Positions 28,699 to 39,069 of a stretch of DNA of 64,000 nucleotides are shown one piece after another. A program made the translations under genes and the position numbers. Position 1 is the first letter of the stretch. Each line of letters opens with the position of its first letter. The DNA comes from Patescibacteria group bacterium (GTDB taxonomy: Bacteria; Patescibacteriota; Patescibacteriia; JBDRGY01). The notes under the pieces are model-generated. The model was not told the DNA's origin and searched no databases. It saw nothing but the letters and a program-made list of their open reading frames with translations. The stretch is taken from the NCBI GenBank assembly GCA_043817315.1, contig JBDRGY010000001.1, positions 154,550-218,549 on the forward strand, given 5' to 3'.

Positions 28699-29955
28699 AT
28701 GGAAAAATTCATTATCAACGGACAAAAAGAGTTAGACGGCGATATTGAGGTGGCCGGTGCTAAGAATAATGCCCTCAAACTATTAGCCGCTTGTCTTTTA
28801 ACAGCTGAAACAGTCGAGTTAAAAAACGTTCCTGACATTGCTGATGTTAAGGTAATGATAGATATTATGCAAGACTTGGGGGGAGTCATAAACAAAGAAG
28901 GCGACAACAACTACACAATCAGTGCTCAGAACGTTAATAAGACAACCATTGAAAGAAAACTAGCCTCAAAGCTTAGAACATCTATCATGTTTGTGGCGCC
29001 CTTGCTGGCTCGATTTGGTGAGGCTAAGTTCCCTCATCCCGGAGGCTGTGTTATCGGCCAAAGGCCGATTGACATGTTTTTAAATGGCTATAAAGCTTTC
29101 GGTGCCACCATTACCGAGGACGAAAAATATTTCCATATAAAATGCCAAAAGCTAAAAGGCACCAAAATAGTTTTTCCCTGGATTTCTCATACCGTTACCG
29201 AAAGCATGATAATGACTGCTGTTTTGGCCGAGGGACAGACCGTGTTGGTAAACGCTGCCTGTGAACCTGAAGTGGAAGCCCTTATCGAGCTACTCAATCA
29301 GCTGGGTGCTGACATCAAAGGAGCGGGTAGTCACACTATTGTAATTAACGGAGTCAAAACACTTGGCAGTGGGACTTTTGCCACTATCCCAGACAGGATA
29401 GAGGCGGGTACTTTTGCTATTCTGGGGGCTTTAGCGGCCAAGGAATTGAATATCAAGAATTGTCGCCCCCAACATTTGGAAGTACTTTTATCTTTCTTTG
29501 ATAGAATTGGTATTAGCTACAAGCGGGGAAATGATTATCTGAAAGTAAGCAAGGCCAAAGAAATAAAGCCGACTCAAGTACGTACCCATGAATATCCCGG
29601 ATTTATCACTGACCTGCAGGCACCGTTTACTGTTTTGTTAACACAGGCCAAGGGAGTTAGTATGGTACATGAAGTTATTTACGAAGGCCGCTTATTTTAC
29701 ACCGACAAATTGATTAAGATGGGAGCCAGGATCATAATGTGTGACCCCCACCGAATAATAGTTGAAGGACCAACTCCGCTATATGCGGCTCAACTGGAAA
29801 GTCCAGATATCAGAGCCGGCATAGCCCTGATTATGGCCAGCTTGATAGCTGAAGGGCAAAGTGAGATTAGTAATATATATCAAGTTGATCGTGGCTACCA
29901 GAGAATTGCCCAAAGATTAAAAGGCATTGGTGCCGATATCACAAGGACAAAGTAA
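28699..29955 (+). CDS. murA: UDP-N-acetylglucosamine 1-carboxyvinyltransferase
   Basis: MEKFIINGQKELDGDIEVAGAKNNALKLLAA N-terminus. 418 aa EPSP-synthase-fold protein. Confidence 0.9.
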   Translation: MEKFIINGQKELDGDIEVAGAKNNALKLLAACLLTAETVELKNVPDIADVKVMIDIMQDLGGVINKEGDNNYTISAQNVNKTTIERKLASKLRTSIMFVAPLLARFGEAKFPHPGGCVIGQRPIDMFLNGYKAFGATITEDEKYFHIKCQKLKGTKIVFPWISHTVTESMIMTAVLAEGQTVLVNAACEPEVEALIELLNQLGADIKGAGSHTIVINGVKTLGSGTFATIPDRIEAGTFAILGALAAKELNIKNCRPQHLEVLLSFFDRIGISYKRGNDYLKVSKAKEIKPTQVRTHEYPGFITDLQAPFTVLLTQAKGVSMVHEVIYEGRLFYTDKLIKMGARIIMCDPHRIIVEGPTPLYAAQLESPDIRAGIALIMASLIAEGQSEISNIYQVDRGYQRIAQRLKGIGADITRTK

Positions 29956-31197
29956 ATGATGAATAATTCTCCAAAACCATACCGATTTCTATTTACATTA
30001 TTGGGCCTTATCCTACTGGCCGCTACTTTTTTATTTGGATATTACTGGGGAGTCAATTATGGAACGGCCGGTGATGTTAATATTTCCCTGATCGATAAGA
30101 CTATCGAGTGGATCTCGGCAAACCTCAATGACTCTGTTCAACCTGATCTATATTCTAAAGTATGGCAATCTATTGATGCACGATTTATTGGCGGAACCAT
30201 AGATGAGAGTGCTGCTCTTTATGGCAGTGTGGCTGGTTTGGTAAATTCTCTTGGTGATCCTTATTCTATTTTCTTGGATCCGGAACTGACCGAAATATTC
30301 AACCAAGAAATCTCTGGAAATTTTGAAGGTGTCGGTGTCGAAATTGCCCTTAAGAACGACAAATTGGTAGTGGTATCTCCTCTGCCAGATACACCGGCTG
30401 ATCGCGCTGGTGTTCGATCTGGTGATCATATTAGCAGGATTGATGACATAGACACTTCGGGCCTATCTCTTGATTTTGCCGTTACTTTGATAAGAGGGGA
30501 GAAAGACACTAAAGTTACTTTAACGATCCTCAGGAGCGAGGAAGAGCCTCAAGAGATCGAAATTACCAGAGAGGCTATTCAGATGGAAAGTGTTGATTGG
30601 GAAATAAAAGAAACCCCTAAGGGGCAGAAAGTGGGGTATATCGAGATATTTCATTTTAGTGAAGATACAGAATCTTTATTCCTGGAGGCGGCTAACGCCA
30701 TTTTGCTGGAATCAACGGATGGGCTGATTCTTGACCTCAGAGGTAATGCCGGTGGCTATTTAGCTGAGGCGATAAATATCGCTTCTGAGTTTGTCGAAGA
30801 TGGGGTAATTTTTATTGAGAAGGATGCGGCTGGGATCGAAACCAAATTTGAAGACGATAGTCGTCAGCCTAAATTTTCCAACATGAAGACAGTAATTCTG
30901 ATTAATGGCGGTTCTGCTTCCGCATCGGAAATATTAGCAGGAGCTCTGAGAGACAACGGACTGGCCGAGATAGTTGGTGAAGTTAGTTTTGGCAAGGGTA
31001 GCGTTCAAGAACTGGAGGAATTTACCGACGGTTCTTTACTGAAATTAACCGTGGCTAAATGGTTTACTCCTTCTGGTCTCTCGATCGACGAGGAAGGGAT
31101 TGAACCTGATCACCTTGTAGAGTTATCCGAAGACGATTACAATAACGACAGAGACCCCCAATTGGATAAGGCTTTCAATCTCATTGATAACCAATAA
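29956..31197 (+). CDS. ctpA: Carboxyl-terminal processing peptidase, S41 family, with PDZ domain
   Basis: GNFEGVGVEI, PDZ segment, and ILDLRGNAGGYL...LINGGSASASEILAGAL. Confidence 0.85.
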   Translation: MMNNSPKPYRFLFTLLGLILLAATFLFGYYWGVNYGTAGDVNISLIDKTIEWISANLNDSVQPDLYSKVWQSIDARFIGGTIDESAALYGSVAGLVNSLGDPYSIFLDPELTEIFNQEISGNFEGVGVEIALKNDKLVVVSPLPDTPADRAGVRSGDHISRIDDIDTSGLSLDFAVTLIRGEKDTKVTLTILRSEEEPQEIEITREAIQMESVDWEIKETPKGQKVGYIEIFHFSEDTESLFLEAANAILLESTDGLILDLRGNAGGYLAEAINIASEFVEDGVIFIEKDAAGIETKFEDDSRQPKFSNMKTVILINGGSASASEILAGALRDNGLAEIVGEVSFGKGSVQELEEFTDGSLLKLTVAKWFTPSGLSIDEEGIEPDHLVELSEDDYNNDRDPQLDKAFNLIDNQ

Positions 31198-31200
31198 CTT

Positions 31201-31476
31201 ATGAAAAAAAGATTGGTTTTAAAAACATTCGGAGAGGTCCAGGGTATCAATTTTCGGTCAATGGTAAAAATGAAATGTATTGACCTGGGATTAAATGGTG
31301 TGGTCAAGAACTACAGTGATGGCTCTGTCTATATTGAGGCTGAAGGAGAACAAGAAAAACTGGAGAACTTAGTTGTTTGGGTAAATAGCAGCCCCAGTTT
31401 CTCTAAAGTGACAGGAGTTGAAGATTTTTGGAGCGAATGTCAGGATAAGTTTGAAGATTTTAGAATTGAATACTAA
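31201..31476 (+). CDS. acyP: Acylphosphatase
   Basis: VQGINFR and GVVKNYSDGSVYIEAEG motifs. 91 aa. Confidence 0.8.
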   Translation: MKKRLVLKTFGEVQGINFRSMVKMKCIDLGLNGVVKNYSDGSVYIEAEGEQEKLENLVVWVNSSPSFSKVTGVEDFWSECQDKFEDFRIEY

Positions 31477-31479
31477 GAA

Positions 31480-31929
31480 ATGGCCCAGGTAATTCTACAA
31501 AAAGACATCGCTTCTTTAGGAAGTAAAGGCGATATCAAGAAAGTTGCAGACGGTTTTGCGCGCAACTGGCTAATCCCTCAGAAATTAGCCTTCTTAGCGA
31601 CTGGTGATGTTATCAATGAAGTGAAAACCAAGAAGCAGATCAATAAGGACAAGATGAAATCACAACATCGTAAGATAGATAGTTTGGCCAAAAGAATAGA
31701 AGCTACAAAAATGGTAATTAAGGCCAAGGCCAATGAAACGGGACGACTTTTCGGGGCAATCAGTGCCAGTGATATCGTAAAAAAGATTAAAGAAGATACC
31801 AATTCAGAAATATTAGAATCTAGTATTGATCTTAAGGAACACATAAAAGAAGTAGGAGATCATGATTTCTTGATAAAATTCCCTGATAATATTACAATAA
31901 AGGCGAAGATAACGGTTGAGGCTGCTTAG
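31480..31929 (+). CDS. rplI: 50S ribosomal protein L9
   Basis: MAQVILQKDIASLGSKGDIKKVADGFARNWLIPQKLA. Confidence 0.9.
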   Translation: MAQVILQKDIASLGSKGDIKKVADGFARNWLIPQKLAFLATGDVINEVKTKKQINKDKMKSQHRKIDSLAKRIEATKMVIKAKANETGRLFGAISASDIVKKIKEDTNSEILESSIDLKEHIKEVGDHDFLIKFPDNITIKAKITVEAA

Positions 31930-31952
31930 CCATTTTTATTTAAATTAAAATA

Positions 31953-33581
31953 ATGAAAGAAACTAAATATATTTTTGTAATGGGCGGGGTATTATCCGGC
32001 CTGGGTAAGGGAATTGCTGTTTCCTCCATTGGGAAGCTACTGCAGAGCAGGGGATACAAAGTGACAGCAATGAAAATCGACCCCTATGTCAATGTTGATG
32101 CCGGCACCATGAACCCTACTGAGCATGGAGAAGTTTTTGTAACAAAAGACGGCCTAGAGACTGATCAGGACATTGGGAACTACGAGCGTTTCCTGGGAGA
32201 TGACCTGACTCATGACAATTACATGACTACGGGGCAGGTTTATATGTCAGTGATTCAAAGGGAACGCAACTTAGCCTATCAAGGAAGATGCGTGGAAGTT
32301 GTGCCCCACATCCCCCAGGAAGTGATTCGAAGAGTGAAACATTTGGGCAAAACCAGTGAGGCGGATATTGTGATCGTGGAAATTGGAGGAACAATAGGCG
32401 AATACCAAAACCTAATATTCTTAGAGGCTGCCAGGATGATGAAGTTGAAAGAGCCTGAGAATATTATGTTTATTTTGGTCAGCTTTCTACCTATACCCAG
32501 CAAATTAGGAGAGATGAAGACCAAGCCAACTCAATATGCAGCTCGTACTCTTAATGCTTCAGGTATTCAACCGGATTTTATACTTTGCAGGGCTAAAAAA
32601 CCTCTCGATAAGCCAAGACGTGAAAAAATTTCCATCTTTTGCAACATTGACAGTGAACATGTAATTTCTGCTCCCGATGTAAAAAATATCTATGAAGTGC
32701 CTATTGGATACGAAAAAGAAGATTTATCAGAAAAAATTCTTAATAAGCTGAAGCTAAAGTCTAAAAAGAAAGATCTTGGGGACTGGAAAAAATTTATTCA
32801 ATCAATCAGACTTTCCAGAAAAAAGGTGAAAATCGGTATTGTGGGTAAGTATTTTGGCAGCGGAAAGTTTACCTTGGCTGATTCCTACATTTCTGTAATT
32901 GAGGCCCTCAAGCATGCCAGCTGGTATAATAAAGCAAAACCGCAACTGGAATGGATAAATTCGGAGGAGTTTGAAGAAGATCCTAAAAAGGTGGAAAGTT
33001 TAAAAGAATTTGATGGTATTGTAGTGCCTCAAGGTTGGGGATCACGTGGCTCTGAGGGAAAAATATTGACTATCAAATACCTACGGGAAAACAAGATACC
33101 CTTTTTGGGCTTATGTTATGGAATGCAGATGGCAGTGGTGGAGTATTCTCGAAATGTCGCTAAACTGAAAAACGCAAATTCATTGGAAATCGATCCCAAG
33201 ACTCCTCACCCGGTAATTTATGTAATGGCTGATCAGGAGAAGTACCTAGCCAAACAGCAATACGGAGGCACTATCAGGCTGGGGGATTGGCCCACGGTAT
33301 TAACCAAAGGGACAAGAGCGGCCCAGGCCTATGGAAACCCGGAGAAAGAAATTTTAGAAAGGCATCGTCATCGATACGAATTTAACAATGATTATGTTGA
33401 AATACTAACTGAGGCAGGCCTGACGATTAGCGGCACCTCACCTGACCAGAAACTAGTAGAGGTTATTGAGATATCTGACCATCCTTTCTTTGTCGGAGTC
33501 CAATTCCACCCTGAATACAAATCTCAGCCCCTAACTCCTCATCCACTTTTTATAGAGTTTATTAAGGTTAGTTTGAAATAA
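31953..33581 (+). CDS. pyrG: CTP synthase
   Basis: KYIFVMGGVLSGLGKGIAVSSIGKLL N-terminus. Glutamine amidotransferase GLCYGMQ motif. Confidence 0.95.
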   Translation: MKETKYIFVMGGVLSGLGKGIAVSSIGKLLQSRGYKVTAMKIDPYVNVDAGTMNPTEHGEVFVTKDGLETDQDIGNYERFLGDDLTHDNYMTTGQVYMSVIQRERNLAYQGRCVEVVPHIPQEVIRRVKHLGKTSEADIVIVEIGGTIGEYQNLIFLEAARMMKLKEPENIMFILVSFLPIPSKLGEMKTKPTQYAARTLNASGIQPDFILCRAKKPLDKPRREKISIFCNIDSEHVISAPDVKNIYEVPIGYEKEDLSEKILNKLKLKSKKKDLGDWKKFIQSIRLSRKKVKIGIVGKYFGSGKFTLADSYISVIEALKHASWYNKAKPQLEWINSEEFEEDPKKVESLKEFDGIVVPQGWGSRGSEGKILTIKYLRENKIPFLGLCYGMQMAVVEYSRNVAKLKNANSLEIDPKTPHPVIYVMADQEKYLAKQQYGGTIRLGDWPTVLTKGTRAAQAYGNPEKEILERHRHRYEFNNDYVEILTEAGLTISGTSPDQKLVEVIEISDHPFFVGVQFHPEYKSQPLTPHPLFIEFIKVSLK

Positions 33582-33583
33582 TA

Positions 33584-33629
33584 AAAAAAGACCACATATA
33601 TAATTAATTGAAGTGGTCTTTTTTTTTAA
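33584..33629. terminator. Bidirectional intrinsic terminator between pyrG (+) and rpmA (-)
   Basis: aaaaaGACCACatataattaattgaaGTGGTCttttttttt: perfect inverted repeat flanked by an A-run on one side and a T-run on the other. Confidence 0.75.
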
Positions 33630-33907
33630 TTTTTAACTGTTATGCTGACGACGGTAGACCATTTTAAATTACCAGTAAATTTTTTCAATTTCTTTCTGGC
33701 AAATTTAACATAACCGTCTTTGGTGGCATAAAGGGTGTCATCTTCACCCTTCTTGACGTTAGAACCCGGAGAAAACCTGGTACCACGTTGCCTGACGATA
33801 ACACTACCTGATTTGGCATATTGTCCACCAGCAATCTTGACCCCTAGCCTTTTTGATATTGAGTCTCGCCCCAGTGAAGTTGTTCCACCTGCCTTTACGT
33901 GTGCCAT
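33626..33907 (-). CDS. rpmA: 50S ribosomal protein L27
   Basis: [29 protein letters not shown]...[12 protein letters not shown]. Confidence 0.9.
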   Translation of the reverse strand: MAHVKAGGTTSLGRDSISKRLGVKIAGGQYAKSGSVIVRQRGTRFSPGSNVKKGEDDTLYATKDGYVKFARKKLKKFTGNLKWSTVVSITVKN

Positions 33908-33970
33908 GCTTATGGATTAATAGTCAGTAGAAGAAAGTTTATTATAAATGTAATTATATGTCAAGATCCT

Positions 33971-34255
33971 TTAAAGATTAAAGGGATCCCTAATCTCCTC
34001 GGTATTGAGGTCCTCAGCCATTCTTTCCGCTTTAAGACTCTCAATAAGGTCAAATTTGCTATCGGCACCCATACTGACCTGCGATTGTTCATAGCTGGTT
34101 AAATCAGGCAGTTGGGGTTTGAGCAAAACCAAATAAAAGTTCTGATAAAGAAAGTAAATGGTGTAAATTGAAAAAAGTACCAAAACAAGAGCAATAAGTT
34201 TGGAATAATACTTACCGATAAACGTTTTTAGATTTTTGATAATTTTAAACTTCAT
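33971..34255 (-). CDS. Small single-TM protein at the 3' end of the pilus operon (possible PilP-like component)
   Basis: 94 aa with one TM helix. Operon position after pilO. Confidence 0.35.
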   Translation of the reverse strand: MKFKIIKNLKTFIGKYYSKLIALVLVLFSIYTIYFLYQNFYLVLLKPQLPDLTSYEQSQVSMGADSKFDLIESLKAERMAEDLNTEEIRDPFNL

Positions 34256-34257
34256 AT

Positions 34258-34794
34258 TTATCTCCAGTAAGTTTTTGCCATGATCTGTAGTTTGATAAAA
34301 CTAGCCGGTTCGTCCCGCTCCACTGCGGCCCGGGTCAATTGAATCTCATCAATATCAAATAAATAATCGCTTTGTTCTAAATTGATAATATAACTGAGCA
34401 CTTGTTGCCAGGACCCATTAGCGGTGATTTGAATAGGCAATGTTTCGAGGCCGCTACCTTCTTTAAATTCTGGGATTTGAAGTTGCAATCCAGAAAGATT
34501 AGCCTCAGTGGCTTCATCTTCCAGGCTGGTAATAAATTCCAGGGCTTCAATCTTCTTAATACCATGAGCATTTAATTCATTGATCTTGGAAGTTAAATTT
34601 TCTGATTTGGTACTAACCCAACCCTCGTCACTGTTCTTTAATAAGGTATATTCAAGCTCTGCCTTTTTTTCTTCCAAGGTAATGGTGGCACTTTTAATTT
34701 TCGAGTATTGGGGAATAATCAAAAATAGTAACCCACCAATGATTAGTGTGGAGAAGAGGGCGACAATACTGTTTTTGCCAAGCTTGATTTTCAT
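34258..34794 (-). CDS. pilO: Type IV pilus assembly protein PilO-like
   Basis: N-terminal TM helix plus coiled-coil and periplasmic domain. Follows pilN; ATGA overlap. Confidence 0.55.
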   Translation of the reverse strand: MKIKLGKNSIVALFSTLIIGGLLFLIIPQYSKIKSATITLEEKKAELEYTLLKNSDEGWVSTKSENLTSKINELNAHGIKKIEALEFITSLEDEATEANLSGLQLQIPEFKEGSGLETLPIQITANGSWQQVLSYIINLEQSDYLFDIDEIQLTRAAVERDEPASFIKLQIMAKTYWR

Positions 34795-35342
34795 TAACTT
34801 TCTGTATTGGTTAATGACAAGTCTATTCGAAAGTCTAAATCAGTTTTCTTCAAGAAACTGGAAATCGGTATCTCAATGTTTGTATAGATAGGGTTGCTTT
34901 GTAAGTTATCTTTAAATAAAACAAGGTCATCTCTGGTCCTGGCATATCCGCTTAATTCAACTGCCCGACCAGCCTTTTGTAGGGACCAGTATGTAAACTG
35001 AATTCCGTCAGGAACGTTCTTGGTGAATTGACTGACCACTTCAGACCACTTTTCAGTCGCCTTAAATAACTTATAAACTTCTATAGCTCGCTGATTATAT
35101 TGGGAGATTTTTTGATCTAAAGTAGTAGATGTTCCGGATTTAGTAATCTGCTGAGACGCTTCAATTTGTTGTTCAATGTCAGCAACCCGTTCCTCTATTA
35201 ATAAATTATTTCCCCAGAGAAAAGTTAGCGAGAAGAATAAAACAATGATGGTGTAGATAATTATTTTTCTGGTAATAAAAAGTGTTCTTTCCCTGGCCAG
35301 GGCTAACTTCTTGTGGGGAGGTAAAATGTTTAAGTTAATCAT
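34794..35342 (-). CDS. pilN: Type IV pilus assembly protein PilN-like
   Basis: Short cytoplasmic N-terminus (NILPPHKK...ARE), TM helix, coiled coil. Follows pilM. Confidence 0.6.
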   Translation of the reverse strand: MINLNILPPHKKLALARERTLFITRKIIIYTIIVLFFSLTFLWGNNLLIEERVADIEQQIEASQQITKSGTSTTLDQKISQYNQRAIEVYKLFKATEKWSEVVSQFTKNVPDGIQFTYWSLQKAGRAVELSGYARTRDDLVLFKDNLQSNPIYTNIEIPISSFLKKTDLDFRIDLSLTNTES

Positions 35343-36390
35343 TGTTATTCATCTCCCTTAGAGCCAGTCCAATGGCGGTTGGGTATGACAATATTTTGTT
35401 GTTGGGGATCTGTAATTTGCCCTGTTGCCAATTGATTTGAGGATCTCCTAAGTCCATCTTAATATCAGACCTTGGTTTAATGGGGAGGGCTTGCAACAGA
35501 CCCTTCAGCCTGGCACCTCCTCCTGAAAAGATAATAACTTCAATGGGTTTATGGTTGGTAAAATTATCTTGGTAGTAATTAATAGTATCTATGATTCTCT
35601 TTTTCAGGTTATTGACTATTGGAAGCATTATATTCCGCACCTCTCCCTTGCTGCCTCTTTCATTAAGACCGAAGATAGTCTTGGCTTTTTCAGCTTCACG
35701 AATTGAAAGTTTCAATTTCTGGGCGACGGCTTTTGTCATCTGATTGCCGCCGATTTCCGTGCTGGAAGTGGTAAACATAACCTCATCGTTTTCGGCTAAT
35801 ATGATTGTAGAGCGGTCGAAACCTAAGTCGATAATTATTTGAGCCCCATTAGACTTCTCTTTAATTTTGGATAAACAGCGGGTAATGGCCACTGATTCAA
35901 TTTCTAAGGCGTAGGGGACTAAGTTGGCCTTTTCTAGTGTTCGGACATAGCCATCAACAATAATTTTCGGTGAGGCCCCAATTAAGATTCGTGAGTTATT
36001 ACCGCTTTTACCTAAATTCTGCCAGTCATAATATACTTCATTGAGAGACAAAGGTATATGGTTAGGCAGATCTTTTTTTACGATCCCCTCAATATTAGTC
36101 TCGGCTTCTGGTAAGTCTATCACTTTGATAAAGGATGTCTTTTCCGGCAAGCAGGCTACTACATTGTGTCCTGTGACCTTGCCTTGTAGGTTTTTCAACA
36201 GATCCTTAATAGATTTGGCAACTTTGTCTTCGTTCTTTATTATTCCATTCTGGATAAGCCCAGGAGGAATTTTTATTTCGCCATAAGCCCTTAGCTTGAT
36301 ATCGCCCCGCAATTTAAAAAACTGTACAATCCGTAGAATGTAGTCGCTAAAATCTAGTCCAAAACAGTTTTTCTCTTTGTTACTAAACAT
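35335..36390 (-). CDS. pilM: Type IV pilus assembly protein PilM (actin-like ATPase fold)
   Basis: 351 aa with IIDLGFDRSTIIL and IIFSGGGARLKGL blocks typical of PilM/FtsA-like proteins. Confidence 0.75.
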   Translation of the reverse strand: MFSNKEKNCFGLDFSDYILRIVQFFKLRGDIKLRAYGEIKIPPGLIQNGIIKNEDKVAKSIKDLLKNLQGKVTGHNVVACLPEKTSFIKVIDLPEAETNIEGIVKKDLPNHIPLSLNEVYYDWQNLGKSGNNSRILIGASPKIIVDGYVRTLEKANLVPYALEIESVAITRCLSKIKEKSNGAQIIIDLGFDRSTIILAENDEVMFTTSSTEIGGNQMTKAVAQKLKLSIREAEKAKTIFGLNERGSKGEVRNIMLPIVNNLKKRIIDTINYYQDNFTNHKPIEVIIFSGGGARLKGLLQALPIKPRSDIKMDLGDPQINWQQGKLQIPNNKILSYPTAIGLALREMNNND

Positions 36391-36399
36391 ACATATATT

Positions 36400-37629
36400 T
36401 TAATACTCTTCTTCCCAATGTTCAACATAGATAGTGGGGGAGAAGGATGGTGAGCCTATCGTTGTGTTGACCGTCTCTTCATCGTATGTGATATTGAGTA
36501 CATTCCACAAGCTGATGGTGTGCAACTTACGTGAATAGAAACCACCTACCAGGTCAAACTGAGAAGGTAGGCTGACCATATCAATTTGCTGTAAGGAGTA
36601 AAGAAGCCCTTGAATGGTGATGGCTTGGGTATAAGCTCCAAAATCAATCTTATTTTTACATAGAATGCCAGAGGGCACATCTTCTGTATGGTTAACTGTC
36701 AATTTGGCGAAAGGTTCAGTCTTGGGATTTTGCTTGGTGCCTACTTCTATAGAACCGTCACTTGCCAAAATCCCATTTATGGTAATATCCATCCCTCTTT
36801 TTATGTCTACTCGTCCCGTGACATAATATATTCCGTCCAAAGTTGTAGACGGATTATTGGCTAAAAAAGTAGCGAACTCAGATTCGGTGTAAAGATGATT
36901 TTCAGCAATTGCCTGGTTTTTGTAGGAAGTAGGATCTTCTGAATCAAAGTCAATGGCTGGTTGAATAACAGAATCAGGAGCCGGAGGATAATTAGCAGAT
37001 TCATAAGCCTCAGCAGTAACATCAGCTGTCCAGCTAATATTGATTTGGTTTACTGCCTGGATCTTCTTTTGAACATCGACCTCACTGTCTCCTTTGATAA
37101 GGACGTTATTGTTAGAAAACAAGCCACCGTTATAGACATTGACGATGGAGTCGTCAAAATCAATATTTCCGTTATCATAAATCGCCAGATCAGCTGTAGG
37201 ATTTTCCCCAATGGCTTTGTAAATGGTGGTTTTAATAATTCTTTGTGAGGTTTGTCCGCCGACAACCATAGTTCCGGTAGATGTCACTTCACCTTGGGCT
37301 TGATCCGTATTTTGAATAGTTACCGTGTAAGAACCGCCTTCAAGCAGAGCATTGTCTTGGGTGAATTGGGTTGACCAGGTGGGATTTGTCTCGAAACTAT
37401 TGCGCCAATCGGTATCGTGTTTCAAGCGCCAAATCATTTCGTGAATTCCGGCCTCGGCCAGATAATAATCTTGAATACCTACCGTCTGACTTTTGGCAAT
37501 GCGATATTCGGTTAAGGTAAAATTTAAGAAGTATACACCCAAGAGCATTAACAGGATAATAACAACAATGGAGCTAATTAAAACGAATCCATTTCGTTGT
37601 TTGGCTGAACTTTTTGAGATGGTGGTCAT
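36400..37629 (-). CDS. Large pilin-like protein lacking Glu5 (PilX/GspK-type minor pilin or tip-associated protein)
   Basis: N-terminus QRNG|FVLISSIVVIILLML is a prepilin-like G|F site with Ser at +5. 409-aa Thr/Asn-rich body. Confidence 0.5.
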   Translation of the reverse strand: MTTISKSSAKQRNGFVLISSIVVIILLMLLGVYFLNFTLTEYRIAKSQTVGIQDYYLAEAGIHEMIWRLKHDTDWRNSFETNPTWSTQFTQDNALLEGGSYTVTIQNTDQAQGEVTSTGTMVVGGQTSQRIIKTTIYKAIGENPTADLAIYDNGNIDFDDSIVNVYNGGLFSNNNVLIKGDSEVDVQKKIQAVNQINISWTADVTAEAYESANYPPAPDSVIQPAIDFDSEDPTSYKNQAIAENHLYTESEFATFLANNPSTTLDGIYYVTGRVDIKRGMDITINGILASDGSIEVGTKQNPKTEPFAKLTVNHTEDVPSGILCKNKIDFGAYTQAITIQGLLYSLQQIDMVSLPSQFDLVGGFYSRKLHTISLWNVLNITYDEETVNTTIGSPSFSPTIYVEHWEEEY

Positions 37630-38198
37630 TATTGAATATTACGGCCTAATATCTCAGTACGTAAATTGGTAGCAGAATTGTTCTTTTCCAAACTGGTTTC
37701 GATAACAATTGCTTCAGATCCGTAGAATTGAAGATCGGAAAAGTATTCTCCTACCAACCTATCTTCCTGGACCAATGAAGAAGGAGGTTGGCCACTTACA
37801 TCAGTAGCATTCCAATTGACATATTCTCCTTCCACAAAGTAGTAAACAATGATCTGTCTTTTAAACTGATTACCGTCCAGATAGTATCGAAAGTATCTAA
37901 TAGTATCAATTTGGTGGCCGTCTTGGAACTGAATTTCAGATGGCGGGGGGAAGCCGGGTTCCTCTTTGGTTCCCGGTAGTTCGGTAGTGATTCCTACTGT
38001 TTGTCGTAGTTCTCTAGTTAGTCTATCTAATGTCACTCTGCCGTTTTGCACTATCTCTAGTCGGTCACTGCCTGATCTATAAAACTGCTGGCCCAAGAAA
38101 TAAATAGCGGTGATTGCCAAGAAAACCATGATGCCAATGAATAGGGCCAATATTATTTCAATTAAAGTCATTCCTTTTTTTGTTGATCTTTTTGGCAT
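37629..38198 (-). CDS. Type IV pilin-like protein (class III signal peptide)
   Basis: KKG|MTLIEIILALFIGIM, with Glu at +5. Confidence 0.7.
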   Translation of the reverse strand: MPKRSTKKGMTLIEIILALFIGIMVFLAITAIYFLGQQFYRSGSDRLEIVQNGRVTLDRLTRELRQTVGITTELPGTKEEPGFPPPSEIQFQDGHQIDTIRYFRYYLDGNQFKRQIIVYYFVEGEYVNWNATDVSGQPPSSLVQEDRLVGEYFSDLQFYGSEAIVIETSLEKNNSATNLRTEILGRNIQ

Positions 38199-38199
38199 A

Positions 38200-38625
38200 T
38201 TAAAACTGGCTGATTAAAGAGACAATTTTAAGGTTATTTTCTCCACCTAATTTTGAGGACCAATGTACTGTGACAGTAACTAGTTTGATTCCTTGGTCAG
38301 TCAAGGTAACTTGAAGATCTTCATCAGCATAGACTACTTCAGTTTTCCTTTCAAAAATATAATAAGGATCGTCAGGAGTGGTGTCCAGACGATGTCTTAA
38401 TTCAAATTCACCCATGCCAATCTCTTCGTAATCCAGAGCGGCAATTTCTTCAATTTTCTCCTGGGCCAAATTTGTAGCTATTGTTTTTAATTCAGCGGCC
38501 TTGCTGATCTGTAAACTCCAGGGGAATATGTTGATGATGCTCAATACAGCTATTAACAATACAGCGATGGCGACGATACCTTCGATTACCGTTAATCCTT
38601 GTTTTGATTTATTCGATCTTAACAT
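38200..38625 (-). CDS. Type IV pilin-like protein (class III signal peptide)
   Basis: KQG|LTVIEGIVAIAVLLIAV, with Glu at +5. Start placed at the internal Met (MLRSNKSKQG). Confidence 0.65.
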   Translation of the reverse strand: MLRSNKSKQGLTVIEGIVAIAVLLIAVLSIINIFPWSLQISKAAELKTIATNLAQEKIEEIAALDYEEIGMGEFELRHRLDTTPDDPYYIFERKTEVVYADEDLQVTLTDQGIKLVTVTVHWSSKLGGENNLKIVSLISQF

Positions 38626-39067
38626 AACCTGAGGGTCTAATATCAATAAGTTTAGTTGTATCACGGGTGTTAATTAGGGATATCTGGCCGCTTTCTGATG
38701 GGGCTCCAGCAGAATTATACCTGACCTCATTATCAGTCAGATTTGTAATCGATTGATAAGTTACAGAATCCGGCAAATCCTTTTGCTCGATAAATTCTTC
38801 TACATCAGGTTGTTCCGGGTCAGGAATGCGGTAAAGAGAATATTGATTGGTGGTGGTGTTAAACTTAACTACATAGTTCAGTTGTTCAGTAACAGCCTGT
38901 TGGGCAGCGTAGCGCAGTTCTGAAGCGATATCTCGGGAAGCAGAAGTTAATTGGTAGCCGGGTAGCAGCAGGCGAGTAGAAGGAATACCAATCAAGGCCA
39001 GTATACAAATAATCGCAATAACGACTGCGATCTCGGGCAAATTAAAACCTTTTAGATGATGCATCAC
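38609..39067 (-). CDS. Type IV pilin (class III signal peptide), candidate major pilin
   Basis: MMHHLKG|FNLPEIAVVIAIICILALIG. First pilin gene after pilC. Confidence 0.7.
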   Translation of the reverse strand: MMHHLKGFNLPEIAVVIAIICILALIGIPSTRLLLPGYQLTSASRDIASELRYAAQQAVTEQLNYVVKFNTTTNQYSLYRIPDPEQPDVEEFIEQKDLPDSVTYQSITNLTDNEVRYNSAGAPSESGQISLINTRDTTKLIDIRPSGYVKIE

Positions 39068-39069
39068 AA